DNA of 64,000 nucleotides from Promethearchaeota archaeon (GTDB taxonomy: Archaea; Asgardarchaeota; Lokiarchaeia; Sigyniarchaeales; SOKP01). The stretch is from contig JAHLWP010000001.1 in assembly GCA_019057865.1 (NCBI GenBank), forward strand, positions 32,001 through 96,000. The letters run 5' to 3'. Position 1 is the first letter of the stretch. Each line of letters begins with the position of its first letter. Under the pieces are notes generated by a model that saw nothing but the letters and a program-made list of their open reading frames with translations, searched no databases and was not told where the DNA came from. This document shows positions 1 to 10,276 of this stretch, in pieces. The position numbers and the translations under genes were made by a program.

Positions 1-1008
1 ATTTAAAAAACTTGGATCTGATTGGATTTTTAACATTTCTAGAGTAATTGCACATCCTATATCAGAACCTCCTGTAGTAGAAATATGAGCAAAAGGATCA
101 TCTTTAAATACAGCTTTTTCGATAAATGGTTTATAACTACAGGTGGACAAAGGATAAATTCCAGCAGACATTCCTTTTGCTAACACCATAAAATCGGGTA
201 TAATTCTTTCATTAGGATATAAACCTCCATAGATTGCCCATAAATGTCCTGTTCTTCCAAGACCTGTTTGGACCTCATCAATAATCATCATTGCACCGGC
301 GTTATCACAAATTTCCCTAACTTCAGCAAAAAATCCTTTAGGTGCAATTAATATTCCTCCAGTAGCAGGAAGAGTTTCTAATACTACACAGGCTGTGTCT
401 TCAGTTACTGCTTTCCTCATAGCTACTGGATCTCCAAATTCGATTTGCTTAAACTCAGGAAAATTCCACATAAAAGGATCCTTAAAACTTGGATCTCCCG
501 TAAGTAGAGCAAAACCCGTATGCCCATGGTATCCTCCAATAGCTGAAATACACCCTTTTCTTTTAGTATAAGCTCGGGAAAATTTAATAGCTGTATCAAT
601 AGCTTCACCTCCACTCACTCCAAATGTAGTTTTACTAATATCCCCTGGCATTAATTCAGCTAGCTTTTCTCCTAAAAGTGCCCTTTGTTCAGACAATAGA
701 ATATGATCACCTAAATCTAATCCTCCATCTAAAGCATCTTTAAGAAATTGAATAATTTTTGGATTTCCATGTCCTAAGTTAAATACTCCCCCTGAAGTAC
801 GGCAATTATATAATTCTAACGGTGGCTCTCCTGGTTTAAAACCTTCCAATGTTTTCATTATGACCCCTTTCCTTTCCCCGGGAATTACACCTAACCCAAA
901 ACTTTTAAAAAAGCGAACCTTTGGCGCATTCACATACTTGGAATATAATTTTAATAACTCTTTTTGGGGTAATGTACCTATAAATTTCTTCTTAGGATTC
1001 TGATTCAT
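1..1008 (-). CDS. Class-III PLP-dependent aminotransferase (3' end outside window)
   Basis: Manual translation from ATG at 1008 (MNQNPKKK...) contains IIDEVQTGLGRTG, PDFMVLAKGMSAG (PLP lysine) and HISTTGGS; absent from the ORF track because it runs off the window. Confidence 0.9.
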   Translation of the reverse strand, partial: MNQNPKKKFIGTLPQKELLKLYSKYVNAPKVRFFKSFGLGVIPGERKGVIMKTLEGFKPGEPPLELYNCRTSGGVFNLGHGNPKIIQFLKDALDGGLDLGDHILLSEQRALLGEKLAELMPGDISKTTFGVSGGEAIDTAIKFSRAYTKRKGCISAIGGYHGHTGFALLTGDPSFKDPFMWNFPEFKQIEFGDPVAMRKAVTEDTACVVLETLPATGGILIAPKGFFAEVREICDNAGAMMIIDEVQTGLGRTGHLWAIYGGLYPNERIIPDFMVLAKGMSAGIYPLSTCSYKPFIEKAVFKDDPFAHISTTGGSDIGCAITLEMLKIQSDPSFLN

Positions 1009-1142
1009 AATTTTAATAAAAAGTTTAAGAATATTTTAAAATTTTGAATTAACATTTAAAAATCTACAATGTATTAATTTATGTAATATTTTACAAATTC
1101 AATAAGATTGAATGTTTACTTATTAAATGAGATGAAAAAATT

Positions 1143-2651
1143 ATAGAAAAAACTAAAATTATAGATACTGAAAATGGAAAAATTCAAGGATATATAGAAA
1201 AAGGCATTGAAATCTTTAAAGGGATTCCATATGCAGCTCCTCCGATAAATGATCTGCGATTCATGCCTCCAAATCCACCTGAAGTACGGAGTGATATACT
1301 AATAACAACTGAGTTTGGGCCTAATGTTCCTCAACCAGATAATAATGCTTCGTGGTTATTTGGCCCACCTCGAGAAGAGAATGAAGCGAATTGTTTAACG
1401 CTTAATATCTGGACCCCTGGAACAAATAAAGAACGAAGACCTGTAATGTTTTGGATCCATGGGGGAAATTTTAGGTACGGAAGCTCTGCACAAGTTACTT
1501 ATGATGGCATACCTCTAGCTAAAAGAGGTAATATAGTACTTGTTACAATTAATTACCGTTTAGGACCATTAGGATACTTATATATTCCAGGTAAAACCGC
1601 AAACGTAGGAATGCTTGATCAGGTTGCTGCTCTTAAGTGGGTTCATGATAATATTGAAGCATTTGGTGGAGATCCCAATAATGTTACTATTTTTGGAGAA
1701 TCTGCCGGAACTGCTTCTGTTATTACATTACTCACCATGCCTGCTGCAGAAGGTCTATTTCATCGGGCAATAGCTCAAAGTACTCCCTTGTATTATGCAT
1801 CTCATCAAGAGTCTGGTTCAAAAAAGTTCATATCAAAATTGCGTGTTGAACCAGAGGATATAGAGTCCTTACAAAAATTAGATATCAAGAAGATTAATAG
1901 AATACATAGGAAAATGGTTTTAGAAGCTTTAGCAACTTTGGAAACAACGCCCTTTACCCCAGTAGTCGACGGAAAGATACTCCCAGAAGATCCTCTTAAA
2001 ATACTAAATAATGGTTATGCAGGTGATATACCATTGCTTATTGGAACAACTCGAGATGAAATGAAGTTTTATCATGCATTTTTACCAAATCTTCCTGATT
2101 TAGATTCTAAAGGACTTTTTAATCGCACAAATCGAATAATCAAAGACCTAGGTTATAATGAAGATAAAACTAAGAGATTAGTAGAAAATTATAAAGAAGC
2201 GAGAGAAGGAAAGCTATCAACAGATCCTCAAGAAGTCTTAGATGCAATTCTTACTGATGTATGGTTCCGTATTATCACAACTAGAATAGCTGAAGCACAA
2301 AGAAAGTATCAACCTAATACTTATACATATATGTTTACCTGGCCTTCACCTATGATGGATGGTAAATTAGGAGTACCTCATGCAATCGATGTGGCATTTG
2401 TTTTTGGCACACTCTATATCCCTGGTACAGAAAGATATTGCGGTAAAGGAAAAGATGCTGATATTCTTAGTGAAAAAGTAATGGATTCATGGATCTCATT
2501 TGCTCGTACAGGAAACCCAAACAATGACAATATTCCAGAGTGGCCTTCTTATGATGTCAATAACAGAGCAACCATGCTATTCGGTAAAGAAACAAAGGTA
2601 GTTAATGCACCTTTCGATAAAGAACGGGCAGCCTGGGATGACATTATCTAA
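1143..2651 (+). CDS. Type-B carboxylesterase/lipase
   Basis: HGG oxyanion motif and GESAG nucleophile elbow. The conserved N-terminus (GKIQG...FKGIPYAAPP..DLRF) lies upstream of the track ATG at 1263, back to about 1143. Confidence 0.9.
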   Translation: MEKTKIIDTENGKIQGYIEKGIEIFKGIPYAAPPINDLRFMPPNPPEVRSDILITTEFGPNVPQPDNNASWLFGPPREENEANCLTLNIWTPGTNKERRPVMFWIHGGNFRYGSSAQVTYDGIPLAKRGNIVLVTINYRLGPLGYLYIPGKTANVGMLDQVAALKWVHDNIEAFGGDPNNVTIFGESAGTASVITLLTMPAAEGLFHRAIAQSTPLYYASHQESGSKKFISKLRVEPEDIESLQKLDIKKINRIHRKMVLEALATLETTPFTPVVDGKILPEDPLKILNNGYAGDIPLLIGTTRDEMKFYHAFLPNLPDLDSKGLFNRTNRIIKDLGYNEDKTKRLVENYKEAREGKLSTDPQEVLDAILTDVWFRIITTRIAEAQRKYQPNTYTYMFTWPSPMMDGKLGVPHAIDVAFVFGTLYIPGTERYCGKGKDADILSEKVMDSWISFARTGNPNNDNIPEWPSYDVNNRATMLFGKETKVVNAPFDKERAAWDDII

Positions 2652-2745
2652 TTTTATTTTTTTTAGGAATTTTATAATCTATTAATAAAAGAAATTTAAG
2701 GATGTATATCTAACTTTTAAACAATTTATATTAAAATTTCATGAG

Positions 2746-3492
2746 TTGGAAAAAATGGAACAACAATATCAATTTATTAATGTTGAGAAAAAAGGTAAAA
2801 ATTCAATAATTAAGTTTAATCGCCCAGAAAAAAAGAATGCATTAAATGAAGCAATGAGAGCAGAAATAATTAATGCTTTAAATTCTCTTAAGGAAGAGAA
2901 AAGAGTTAAAGCAGTAATTTTTTATGGAGGGGAAGAATTTTTTTCTGCTGGATTTGACAGAGATGAAGTACTAGCCGTAGTTCAAGGAGAAGGGGATTAT
3001 CAGAAATTTATTGATTCCAATCATCTTTTTCATCAGACTATTTTTGAATTTCCTAAGTTACTAGTTGCTGCTGTGAATGGTTATGCTCTCGCAGGAGCTT
3101 TTGATCTTGCTGTTATTTGCCACATTCGGGTTGCTTCAAAAGGAGCTCTTTTTGGACACCCTGAGATAAGATTTGGAGCATGTCCACTCTTCTTTCCATA
3201 TATGACTTTAGTAGGTCGTGGTAAGGCACTTGAAATTACCCTAAATACAGGTACCAAAGAGACGTTTCTCAATGCTGAAGAGGCTTATAGATTAAATATC
3301 GTGAATAGATTAGTTGAGAAAGGAGAAGTATTAAATGAATCGATTAATCTGGCTAACCAAATCACTCAATCACCAGAATTTGTTGTAAAACAATTAATTC
3401 AAGTAAATAACATTTTCTTCGATCAAGTTAAAAAATTTGACACTGAAATAGATAGTATTGTTAAAAGTATGAGCTCGTTATTAGGGCTCTAA
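2746..3492 (+). CDS. Enoyl-CoA hydratase/isomerase (crotonase family)
   Basis: NRPEKKNAL, FSAGFD, AAVNGYALAG and FGHPEIRFG motifs. Confidence 0.9.
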   Translation: MEKMEQQYQFINVEKKGKNSIIKFNRPEKKNALNEAMRAEIINALNSLKEEKRVKAVIFYGGEEFFSAGFDRDEVLAVVQGEGDYQKFIDSNHLFHQTIFEFPKLLVAAVNGYALAGAFDLAVICHIRVASKGALFGHPEIRFGACPLFFPYMTLVGRGKALEITLNTGTKETFLNAEEAYRLNIVNRLVEKGEVLNESINLANQITQSPEFVVKQLIQVNNIFFDQVKKFDTEIDSIVKSMSSLLGL

Positions 3493-3548
3493 TTCTATTT
3501 TTTTGATTTAAAGCAATAAAATATCTTAATAGTAAATTGAGACGCTAA

Positions 3549-3568
3549 AACTATAACCTAAAATAAAA
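3549..3568 (+). repeat. Left copy of 20-bp direct repeat AACTATAACCTAAAATAAAA
   Basis: Identical copy at 4655-4674; both continue into ATTGT(T)AAAA. Confidence 0.85.
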
Positions 3569-3628
3569 GAATTGTTAAAACCGTTAAAGTTAATAATTAA
3601 AAAATAAATAAAGTATAAGAGGATAAAA

Positions 3629-4579
3629 ATGGAACTTAAAGAAATAGCAAAGGATGTATATGCCTGCTTACAGGAGGATGGGGGACTTGGATGGAATAAC
3701 GCTGGGTTCGTGAATCTTGGTGGAGGGTTGGCTATTGATACCTTTTACGATTTGAACCGTACAGAGCAGATGATCGAGCTCTATAAAACGGTATCACCTA
3801 TACCAGCACGACGACTTGTGAACACCCATCACAATGGGGATCATACCTGGGGTAATCAGCTTTTCCAAGACTCTGAGATTATTGCACATCGCCTCTGCGC
3901 TGAAGAAATGGAAAAAGAAAAAAATCAAAATTTTCCTGGGTTATTCCAGAAATGGATACAAAATCCTGAGGCTTTTCCACCAGGAATTAAACAATTTGTA
4001 ATGGCATTAAGTCAGTTTGACTATTCGGGAATTGATCTTACGTTGCCAAATCATTTAATCGAAGATAGGTTTGATCTTGAACTTGATGGATACCATTGCC
4101 AACTTATTTATGTTGGCCCTGCACACACTTCCGGTGATCTAATCGTATATCTCCCTGAACATAAAGTCATCTTTGCTGGCGATATTGTCTTCTGGAAATG
4201 CACACCAATCGGTTGGGAAGGCACGCATGCTAAGTGGATTGAAGCATTAGATCTTGTGTTATCCTTTGAGCCCGAGGTTGTTGTGCCAGGGCATGGTCCT
4301 CTCTGTGGTGTCGATGAAGTCAAGGAGTTGCGTGCTTATTTCGAGTTTGTTTATTCTGAGGCCAAACGGTTTTTTAAAGAGGGACTTGATCCTCTCGAGG
4401 CATCTAAGAAGATCAATCTCGGACCTTATGCTGACTGGACCGAACCAGAGCGATTATTCTTTAATGTTAACAGGGCCTATCGAGAGTTCCGGAATGTAGA
4501 ACCCTGGGATGCACCCTTCAACGCATTAGATCTTTTCCGTAAATGCAATGAATTACGGATTCACTGGGATGGAATCTAA
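3629..4579 (+). CDS. Metallo-beta-lactamase-fold hydrolase (cyclase-like)
   Basis: THHNGDH, PAHT, FAGD and PGHG motifs; visibly more GC-rich than its neighbours. Confidence 0.9.
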   Translation: MELKEIAKDVYACLQEDGGLGWNNAGFVNLGGGLAIDTFYDLNRTEQMIELYKTVSPIPARRLVNTHHNGDHTWGNQLFQDSEIIAHRLCAEEMEKEKNQNFPGLFQKWIQNPEAFPPGIKQFVMALSQFDYSGIDLTLPNHLIEDRFDLELDGYHCQLIYVGPAHTSGDLIVYLPEHKVIFAGDIVFWKCTPIGWEGTHAKWIEALDLVLSFEPEVVVPGHGPLCGVDEVKELRAYFEFVYSEAKRFFKEGLDPLEASKKINLGPYADWTEPERLFFNVNRAYREFRNVEPWDAPFNALDLFRKCNELRIHWDGI

Positions 4580-4654
4580 AGTAGTGAATTACTGATAGAT
4601 TTTAGATCTTGAACTAAAATCTCTTAAAATTCCTACAAAGGATATTATATCACG

Positions 4655-4674
4655 AACTATAACCTAAAATAAAA
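4655..4674 (+). repeat. Right copy of the 20-bp direct repeat flanking the MBL gene
   Basis: Identical to 3549-3568. Confidence 0.85.
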
Positions 4675-4689
4675 ATTGTAAAAAAAAAA

Positions 4690-5577
4690 TCAGAATTCAT
4701 AGCCGCACTTTTTACAAACGTGCTTCTTTGCGTACATTGGGATATGACCAACGTAGCTTAATACTTTGCTTTTATCCTCTACAGTTTTGATTTTATTCCC
4801 TACTGCCCCACACATTGGACAAGTTATACGTTCTTCGGAGGCGAATCCCCCTGCGCCAATATCTGGAGGTTTTAATTCATCTAATTCTGTTTCAACTTCA
4901 CTGAGTCGAGAAGTTTGTGCTTCTATTAATTTTTCTTTTTCACCCACAGACTCGGTGAGTTCCTGTAATTTAGTATCTTTCTGTAAAAGTAAATTATTTG
5001 CTTCAGTTAAATCTGAGTTTAATTTAGTGTTTTGTTCTTTTAATTCTTGATTTTCAGATGATATACGGCTAATATCTTCTTCATTAGCGGTGATCTTACT
5101 GTTAGCTTCATTTACTTGATTTTCTAAACTTGAAATTTTCTCTTTTGTAGCCTCTAGTACAGAGCTGATACTTGAAATCTTTTCTTCGGAAGATGAGGAT
5201 ACTTCTGATAATTCTGCTTCTCTTTCTTGTAAGAAACTTTCAATTTCATTTTTTTTAGTATTATTATCTGCTAACTCTTTTTTTGCAGCTTCTAATTTTG
5301 AACTTACATTGTTAATTGTATTCTCTCTCTCACTTGAAATTGTATTTGTTTGTTCAAGATTATTTTTAGTTTCTTCTAGAGAAGCTTGTGTTTGTTCAAG
5401 TTCTGCAGTGGTGGAACCTAATGTGTCATTAGTTGTAGTTAATTCAATTTTAGTCTCAGATAATTGTTTTTCTAAATCATTTACTTTAGCTCTTAAATCT
5501 AGTAAGACCTTACCCTCAACTTTTTGACTTTTATCGGGATGTTCTTCTGCTCTAGCCCAATCGATTGGCATATACAC
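4690..5577 (-). CDS. Long coiled-coil protein with C-terminal zinc ribbon
   Basis: Heptad-rich E/K/L body; CPMC...CKKC at the C-terminus. Confidence 0.8.
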   Translation of the reverse strand: MYMPIDWARAEEHPDKSQKVEGKVLLDLRAKVNDLEKQLSETKIELTTTNDTLGSTTAELEQTQASLEETKNNLEQTNTISSERENTINNVSSKLEAAKKELADNNTKKNEIESFLQEREAELSEVSSSSEEKISSISSVLEATKEKISSLENQVNEANSKITANEEDISRISSENQELKEQNTKLNSDLTEANNLLLQKDTKLQELTESVGEKEKLIEAQTSRLSEVETELDELKPPDIGAGGFASEERITCPMCGAVGNKIKTVEDKSKVLSYVGHIPMYAKKHVCKKCGYEF

Positions 5578-5718
5578 TCACTATTCTTTTATATTTTAAT
5601 TTTTTTTAATGTTTAATGTTTTTATTAATATATAAATTATAGTGTATTAAGTTTTTAACTATTTTTTACTTTGAGATTTTGAAAACCATTATAGTTTTGA
5701 CCAATTAATATAACCTTA

Positions 5719-6612
5719 GTGAATTATTACCAAAATGTGAAATGTGAAATGGAGAGCAAAAATGAACTACCTTCAGAAGGTGATGTTATATCAACATCCG
5801 GTGTATTTAAAACCCCATTTACATTAATAATTTTAGTACAGTTGTTTATTGGAGGTTTGGTAATAGTAAGTACAAATCTGCTATGGAATCAATCTTATTT
5901 TGCACTTACAGGTCATTATTATTTCTCTTTTGAACCTATTAATGATTGGGTAAGATGGATTTTATTACCACCGAGTATTTATGGAAATATCTTTTTATTT
6001 TGGATCTCGGTAGTGTTATCATCAGCATTAATATATAAAATTTTAAATAAAATCTATCCACCACGAGAAGGTGTTTTTAAAAGAGGAAGTAAGGAGTGGA
6101 AATATACTCATCGAAGGTTTTGGACTGCCTATTTTCCTATTTGGCTCACACGGGCTTTACCATTACCTTGGATGGATATTGCAACCTATAGATTTTTTGG
6201 AGTTCACATTGGTAAGAATGTTGTAGCTTATGAGGGGTATATTGATCCTGAACTTGTAGATATTGGTAATTTTACGATGACTTCAATAAATATCTGTATT
6301 TTTTCACATTTAATTTACCAAGATAAAATAATAATTAAAAGAGTAAAGATTGGAAAAGCTTGTGTAGTAGGCCCTCACACAGTAATAAGTCCTGGCACAG
6401 TTATGCAAGATGGAGCTATCCTTGGAGTTAATAGTTATACAAATATAGGACAGGAATTAGAAGGAAATTTAATTCATGTTGGGACTCCAGTAAGTATGAC
6501 CTTACCAATTCAATCCCTTGAAGAATCTCAAGAAAAGGCTAAAAAAATTAGAGAGGGAACTGGTGATAAACAACTTGATGGAGAAATAGAAAGTAAAAAT
6601 GGAGGCAAATAA
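5719..6612 (+). CDS. Membrane-anchored left-handed beta-helix (hexapeptide) acyltransferase-like protein
   Basis: Two hydrophobic N-terminal segments, PREGVF, G(V/A)xIGKN and hexapeptide repeats. Confidence 0.8.
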   Translation: MNYYQNVKCEMESKNELPSEGDVISTSGVFKTPFTLIILVQLFIGGLVIVSTNLLWNQSYFALTGHYYFSFEPINDWVRWILLPPSIYGNIFLFWISVVLSSALIYKILNKIYPPREGVFKRGSKEWKYTHRRFWTAYFPIWLTRALPLPWMDIATYRFFGVHIGKNVVAYEGYIDPELVDIGNFTMTSINICIFSHLIYQDKIIIKRVKIGKACVVGPHTVISPGTVMQDGAILGVNSYTNIGQELEGNLIHVGTPVSMTLPIQSLEESQEKAKKIREGTGDKQLDGEIESKNGGK

Positions 6613-6618
6613 GAATAA

Positions 6619-6645
6619 ATGTTTCAACCAGCGAGCTTAAAAGGC
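6619..6645 (+). pseudogene. Displaced original 5' end (MFQPASLKG) of the gene now at 10277-11014
   Basis: ATG TTT CAA CCA GCG AGC TTA AAA GGC begins 6 nt after the upstream stop, with GGAGG at 6601-6605; peptide matches MFSPASLKG at 10277. Confidence 0.85.
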
Positions 6646-6647
6646 AT

Positions 6648-9467
6648 TTATAAAGATCTAAAATAATCTCTAAAATGATATATTAGAGATATAGCTTCTT
6701 TCCCCATTTTATTTAAATAATATTTAGTAGGATTACTTTTGGTACCACTTTTGGTATTGATATATCGTGTAATTACATCCTTTCTTCTGTAAAAATAATT
6801 ACTTATGCTTGATGTAGTTATTCCCTTAAACCTTGATAGCTTATATAATGTTACATCATCCTCATTCTTTGAAATCTCATTTATAGCTGTTAAATATCTT
6901 TCAATACTACCTGTTGATTTAAAGCCTTTTTCTAAAGGTTCTTCAACTATAGATTTGTTATTATGAATAAGTTTGAAATTTCGATAGATAGAGTCAAAAT
7001 CCTCTTTAATTCTTCTCACTAGTTTTTTATCTTCATAAATTTCATTTAATAAATGAAGTTTCTTATAGTGGATAACTGAATGACAATTTGAACACAAATA
7101 ACCTCCTTTTTCTCGTTCCAGAATTGCTACGATTTCTGAACAGGAATATTGACCATAAAGATCTGATGCATTAACATTTTTTATGTTATCATCTGCATGA
7201 TTAAAATGAAATGCAGGAAGATGTTTTTTAGTTTGAAACTCCATACAAGTAGGACAATAGTTCCCAAAAAAATGTTCAATAATGAATCTCTTTTTTAAAT
7301 ATTTTATAATATTACCCCTAACTCTCTTTTTATCTATTTTTGTCCAATTTTTAGTTAATGGGAAATTTTCCACAGAGACTTTAATAAGAATGTGAATTAG
7401 TTCTACGGGTAAGGACAAAATTTCTTCCCAAGTAATTAAATAAGAGAAGTAGTTAAAGTAACGATCGTGTAGAATATGGTGATGATTCCTACAGATCAAC
7501 TTTACATCTTCTAATTCCACTATTCTTACAATTTCTTCCAAAACATTTGGATCAGATCGATTCTTAGTAAAAAGATTATATAACGCTCCCGCTGTAAATT
7601 GAGTTTCCTTTTTATCGGAATCGTGATGGAATTCTAAAGCATCAAGTCTAGTAATATCCGTATTTAAAACAAATCGTTCTTTTAGACATTCGGGACATTT
7701 AAGCTTTCCAGTTTTAAAATACTTCCCGTTATAAATATTTTTCATAACGAATACTTTTAACTTATTACCAACGATTTTTTCATAATCTTCATGTCTATAT
7801 TCATTTCCCCCATCAAAAAGCCCTTGAGAATTTGAACGAATTTGGAAAAAATCAGGATATTTTTCTTTAAGATAATCATATATTTCAATTACATTGTAAT
7901 AGAATTTCTTAGGGGTTTGAAGAAAGTTTACATCTTTTTCTTCCAAGAGAAAATCAACTACGTATTTAACTATCAGATGAGCCCGTATTCTTTTATGAAT
8001 CCTGCTTGAATTAATCAAATGTTTGACAACTTCTACCAAATCAGAAAGAAATTTGATAAAAGTATCATAATATTGATCTAATATTGTTCGAAGTACATCA
8101 AAATCATTTTGTGATAAATCTTTGGGAAGATCAATATTCATGATAATATTATCTCTTATTCTATCAACAATTTCTGATGTTAAAACCTCTTTATCCTTGA
8201 CTACGCTAAATATATATGCTGAAATAATATTTCTTATTCTGTTGAATCCAGGATATGAAGAAAATCGAAATTCAATTCTTGGATATAAATGCTCGAAGTA
8301 TTTTTTATAGTAACTAGAGATATCGCTAGGTGATTTTATTTCTACTGAAGCTAGTTTAGCGATCCCTTTTCTAGTGATTTTCGGCATGTTTTTGTTTGAT
8401 AAAGCTACAGTATAAACAATAATTGCAGCAATCTTCTCCGTATTTGCATTTTTTGGGATTGTAAATTCATTACTTTTAGCTCGTGAAATAAAGTTTTCTA
8501 ATATCTCGATTGCTATTGAGTTAATTAGTTCTTTTTGACGCTGTGTGCATTCAATTAAATTAATCAAATTTTTTAGATGATTTGTAACTTTTTGTTTAAA
8601 ATTAGGGATGATGAGAGGTTTTTCATTTCTAAGAATCAATTTATCTATTATTGATTGAACATCTTTAATTATTAATTCTTCACTTAATCCAGCCTCTAAA
8701 AACTCATAATAAGCTGAAAAAAGCTCAAAAGCAGATATGCCTTTTATCACAATTGAGGGTGATTTTCCCAATAATAAGGTACAAGTTCCTGCATGAAGAA
8801 TCTTGTCATAATGCTTTTTGATTGTTAAAAGAGATTCATTAGAGGTTTTGTTCAATTGTTTAATATCATTCAAATGTCCTTTTAACCATTCTTTTAGAAC
8901 AGAGATTAATTTATCAGAAAATGGTGGAAACTCATGAATAGAGAATATTTGTGTTTTTTCTCGGAGTATTTGAAGGAAGTTAGTATATTCATCCGCAATC
9001 TTTTTTAATCCTAACTGCAACATTCTGTAGTTTTTCTTTGTATTTACTTCAGATAATACTAATTTTCTTTGTTTTCTACTTAACATTTTCATATACCCCC
9101 TTGATAATCCATCCATATATTTAGAAATGACTTGAGCACCCCTTCCAATAGAATTAGAATACATCCAACTATTTATAAAAGCCGATGCTTCATTGGGCAC
9201 AAATCCTTTAATTTTATCAATCAAATTTTTAGGGGGAAGGCTAGATTTATCAAAGAGACATGCGTTTACAGCTTGGATGAAATTTCCGATAAATTCATCA
9301 ACAAAAACCAAACTAATATTGTGTTTTGAACATTTTGGATACTTTCGAAATCCGAAGACCCCTAATTTCAGAGGTTTTACCTTTTTTAGATGCGTGCATC
9401 CAAAATAAGGACAAATGGCTATTCTTTCTTCTTTTATTGATTTTCTACTTACTTTACTTTCAATCAT
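6648..9467 (-). CDS. 939-aa protein: N-terminal Zn finger, TFIIB-like helical repeat, two HNH-like nuclease modules, C-terminal winged HTH
   Basis: CPYFGC..CSKH; KIAAIIVY..ITRKGIAKLASV; CPEC...ALEFHH...LICRNHHHILH; CPTC...FHFNH...LCSNCHSVIH; VTLYKLSRFKGITTSSIS. Confidence 0.75.
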   Translation of the reverse strand: MIESKVSRKSIKEERIAICPYFGCTHLKKVKPLKLGVFGFRKYPKCSKHNISLVFVDEFIGNFIQAVNACLFDKSSLPPKNLIDKIKGFVPNEASAFINSWMYSNSIGRGAQVISKYMDGLSRGYMKMLSRKQRKLVLSEVNTKKNYRMLQLGLKKIADEYTNFLQILREKTQIFSIHEFPPFSDKLISVLKEWLKGHLNDIKQLNKTSNESLLTIKKHYDKILHAGTCTLLLGKSPSIVIKGISAFELFSAYYEFLEAGLSEELIIKDVQSIIDKLILRNEKPLIIPNFKQKVTNHLKNLINLIECTQRQKELINSIAIEILENFISRAKSNEFTIPKNANTEKIAAIIVYTVALSNKNMPKITRKGIAKLASVEIKSPSDISSYYKKYFEHLYPRIEFRFSSYPGFNRIRNIISAYIFSVVKDKEVLTSEIVDRIRDNIIMNIDLPKDLSQNDFDVLRTILDQYYDTFIKFLSDLVEVVKHLINSSRIHKRIRAHLIVKYVVDFLLEEKDVNFLQTPKKFYYNVIEIYDYLKEKYPDFFQIRSNSQGLFDGGNEYRHEDYEKIVGNKLKVFVMKNIYNGKYFKTGKLKCPECLKERFVLNTDITRLDALEFHHDSDKKETQFTAGALYNLFTKNRSDPNVLEEIVRIVELEDVKLICRNHHHILHDRYFNYFSYLITWEEILSLPVELIHILIKVSVENFPLTKNWTKIDKKRVRGNIIKYLKKRFIIEHFFGNYCPTCMEFQTKKHLPAFHFNHADDNIKNVNASDLYGQYSCSEIVAILEREKGGYLCSNCHSVIHYKKLHLLNEIYEDKKLVRRIKEDFDSIYRNFKLIHNNKSIVEEPLEKGFKSTGSIERYLTAINEISKNEDDVTLYKLSRFKGITTSSISNYFYRRKDVITRYINTKSGTKSNPTKYYLNKMGKEAISLIYHFRDYFRSL

Positions 9468-10141
9468 TCAGTAATTTTCACCATTCTCTTCTTTTTCTTT
9501 TTTATTTTTTTATCTTCCATTTGTATTAGATTCGAAATTTCTCCTTCTAATTGTAAATAATTCAGTTTTAATTCAAGATAAAAATCTGAAAATGAAGAAA
9601 AAAATACTGATTCACAGCTACATAATAGACCTGCAATCTGAATTATTACATTTAATAAGCGAGGATGCCGATGTATTTCAAGTTCTGAGAGAATATGAAG
9701 AACCCTCCATATTTTTTTACTTAGATTCCTTATCTCTTTCAAATGTTTTTTATCAATTTCGAGTTGTTTGTTTTTAACATTTTCCATTAGTTTTATTATC
9801 ATTTCTGCGATTTTTCCATCAACAATTCCAATCTTTTTTGATAGAGTAGTGTACTGAGAAAATAACGATGTAAGCTCTCTTTCCCATTTTTTAATAGGAT
9901 TTGGTGCTCCAATAGGTTTTGTTCTATTAGATTCAGATCTACTAGATTTTGAGAATCTCATGCGTATAATCTCACATTTAAAATTCAAAAAAGAGCGTAA
10001 TTGCCTTGAAAGTTCATTGATTCGTTCAGATCCCTCCAGAGAGTACCAGTCAAGAAATTCTGAGCTTTCCCCATTTCCTAATAAAAAAAGATTATCAGAA
10101 ATATCATAGATATCTATCAAATCATCAGTATGATTTGTCAT
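9464..10141 (-). CDS. Hypothetical helical protein, translationally coupled to the HNH gene
   Basis: 225-aa ORF with a 4-nt ATGA overlap at 9464-9467. Confidence 0.7.
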   Translation of the reverse strand: MTNHTDDLIDIYDISDNLFLLGNGESSEFLDWYSLEGSERINELSRQLRSFLNFKCEIIRMRFSKSSRSESNRTKPIGAPNPIKKWERELTSLFSQYTTLSKKIGIVDGKIAEMIIKLMENVKNKQLEIDKKHLKEIRNLSKKIWRVLHILSELEIHRHPRLLNVIIQIAGLLCSCESVFFSSFSDFYLELKLNYLQLEGEISNLIQMEDKKIKKKKKRMVKITE

Positions 10142-10230
10142 AAAAATAAATATTTCTCGTTATATTTAAATAAAAAAAAAGCATTCATTTTCTGATTTAT
10201 AATTCCAATAAATTTTTACTTGAGAATCAC

Positions 10231-10238
10231 TTATATAA
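10231..10238 (+). promoter_or_regulatory. Candidate TATA box supplied by the insertion for the restored downstream gene
   Basis: TTATATAA about 30-40 nt upstream of the replacement start codon(s) at 10268/10277. Confidence 0.4.
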
Positions 10239-10276
10239 TCTTTAAAATAATTGTTTCATAATTCCATGTGATTTTA

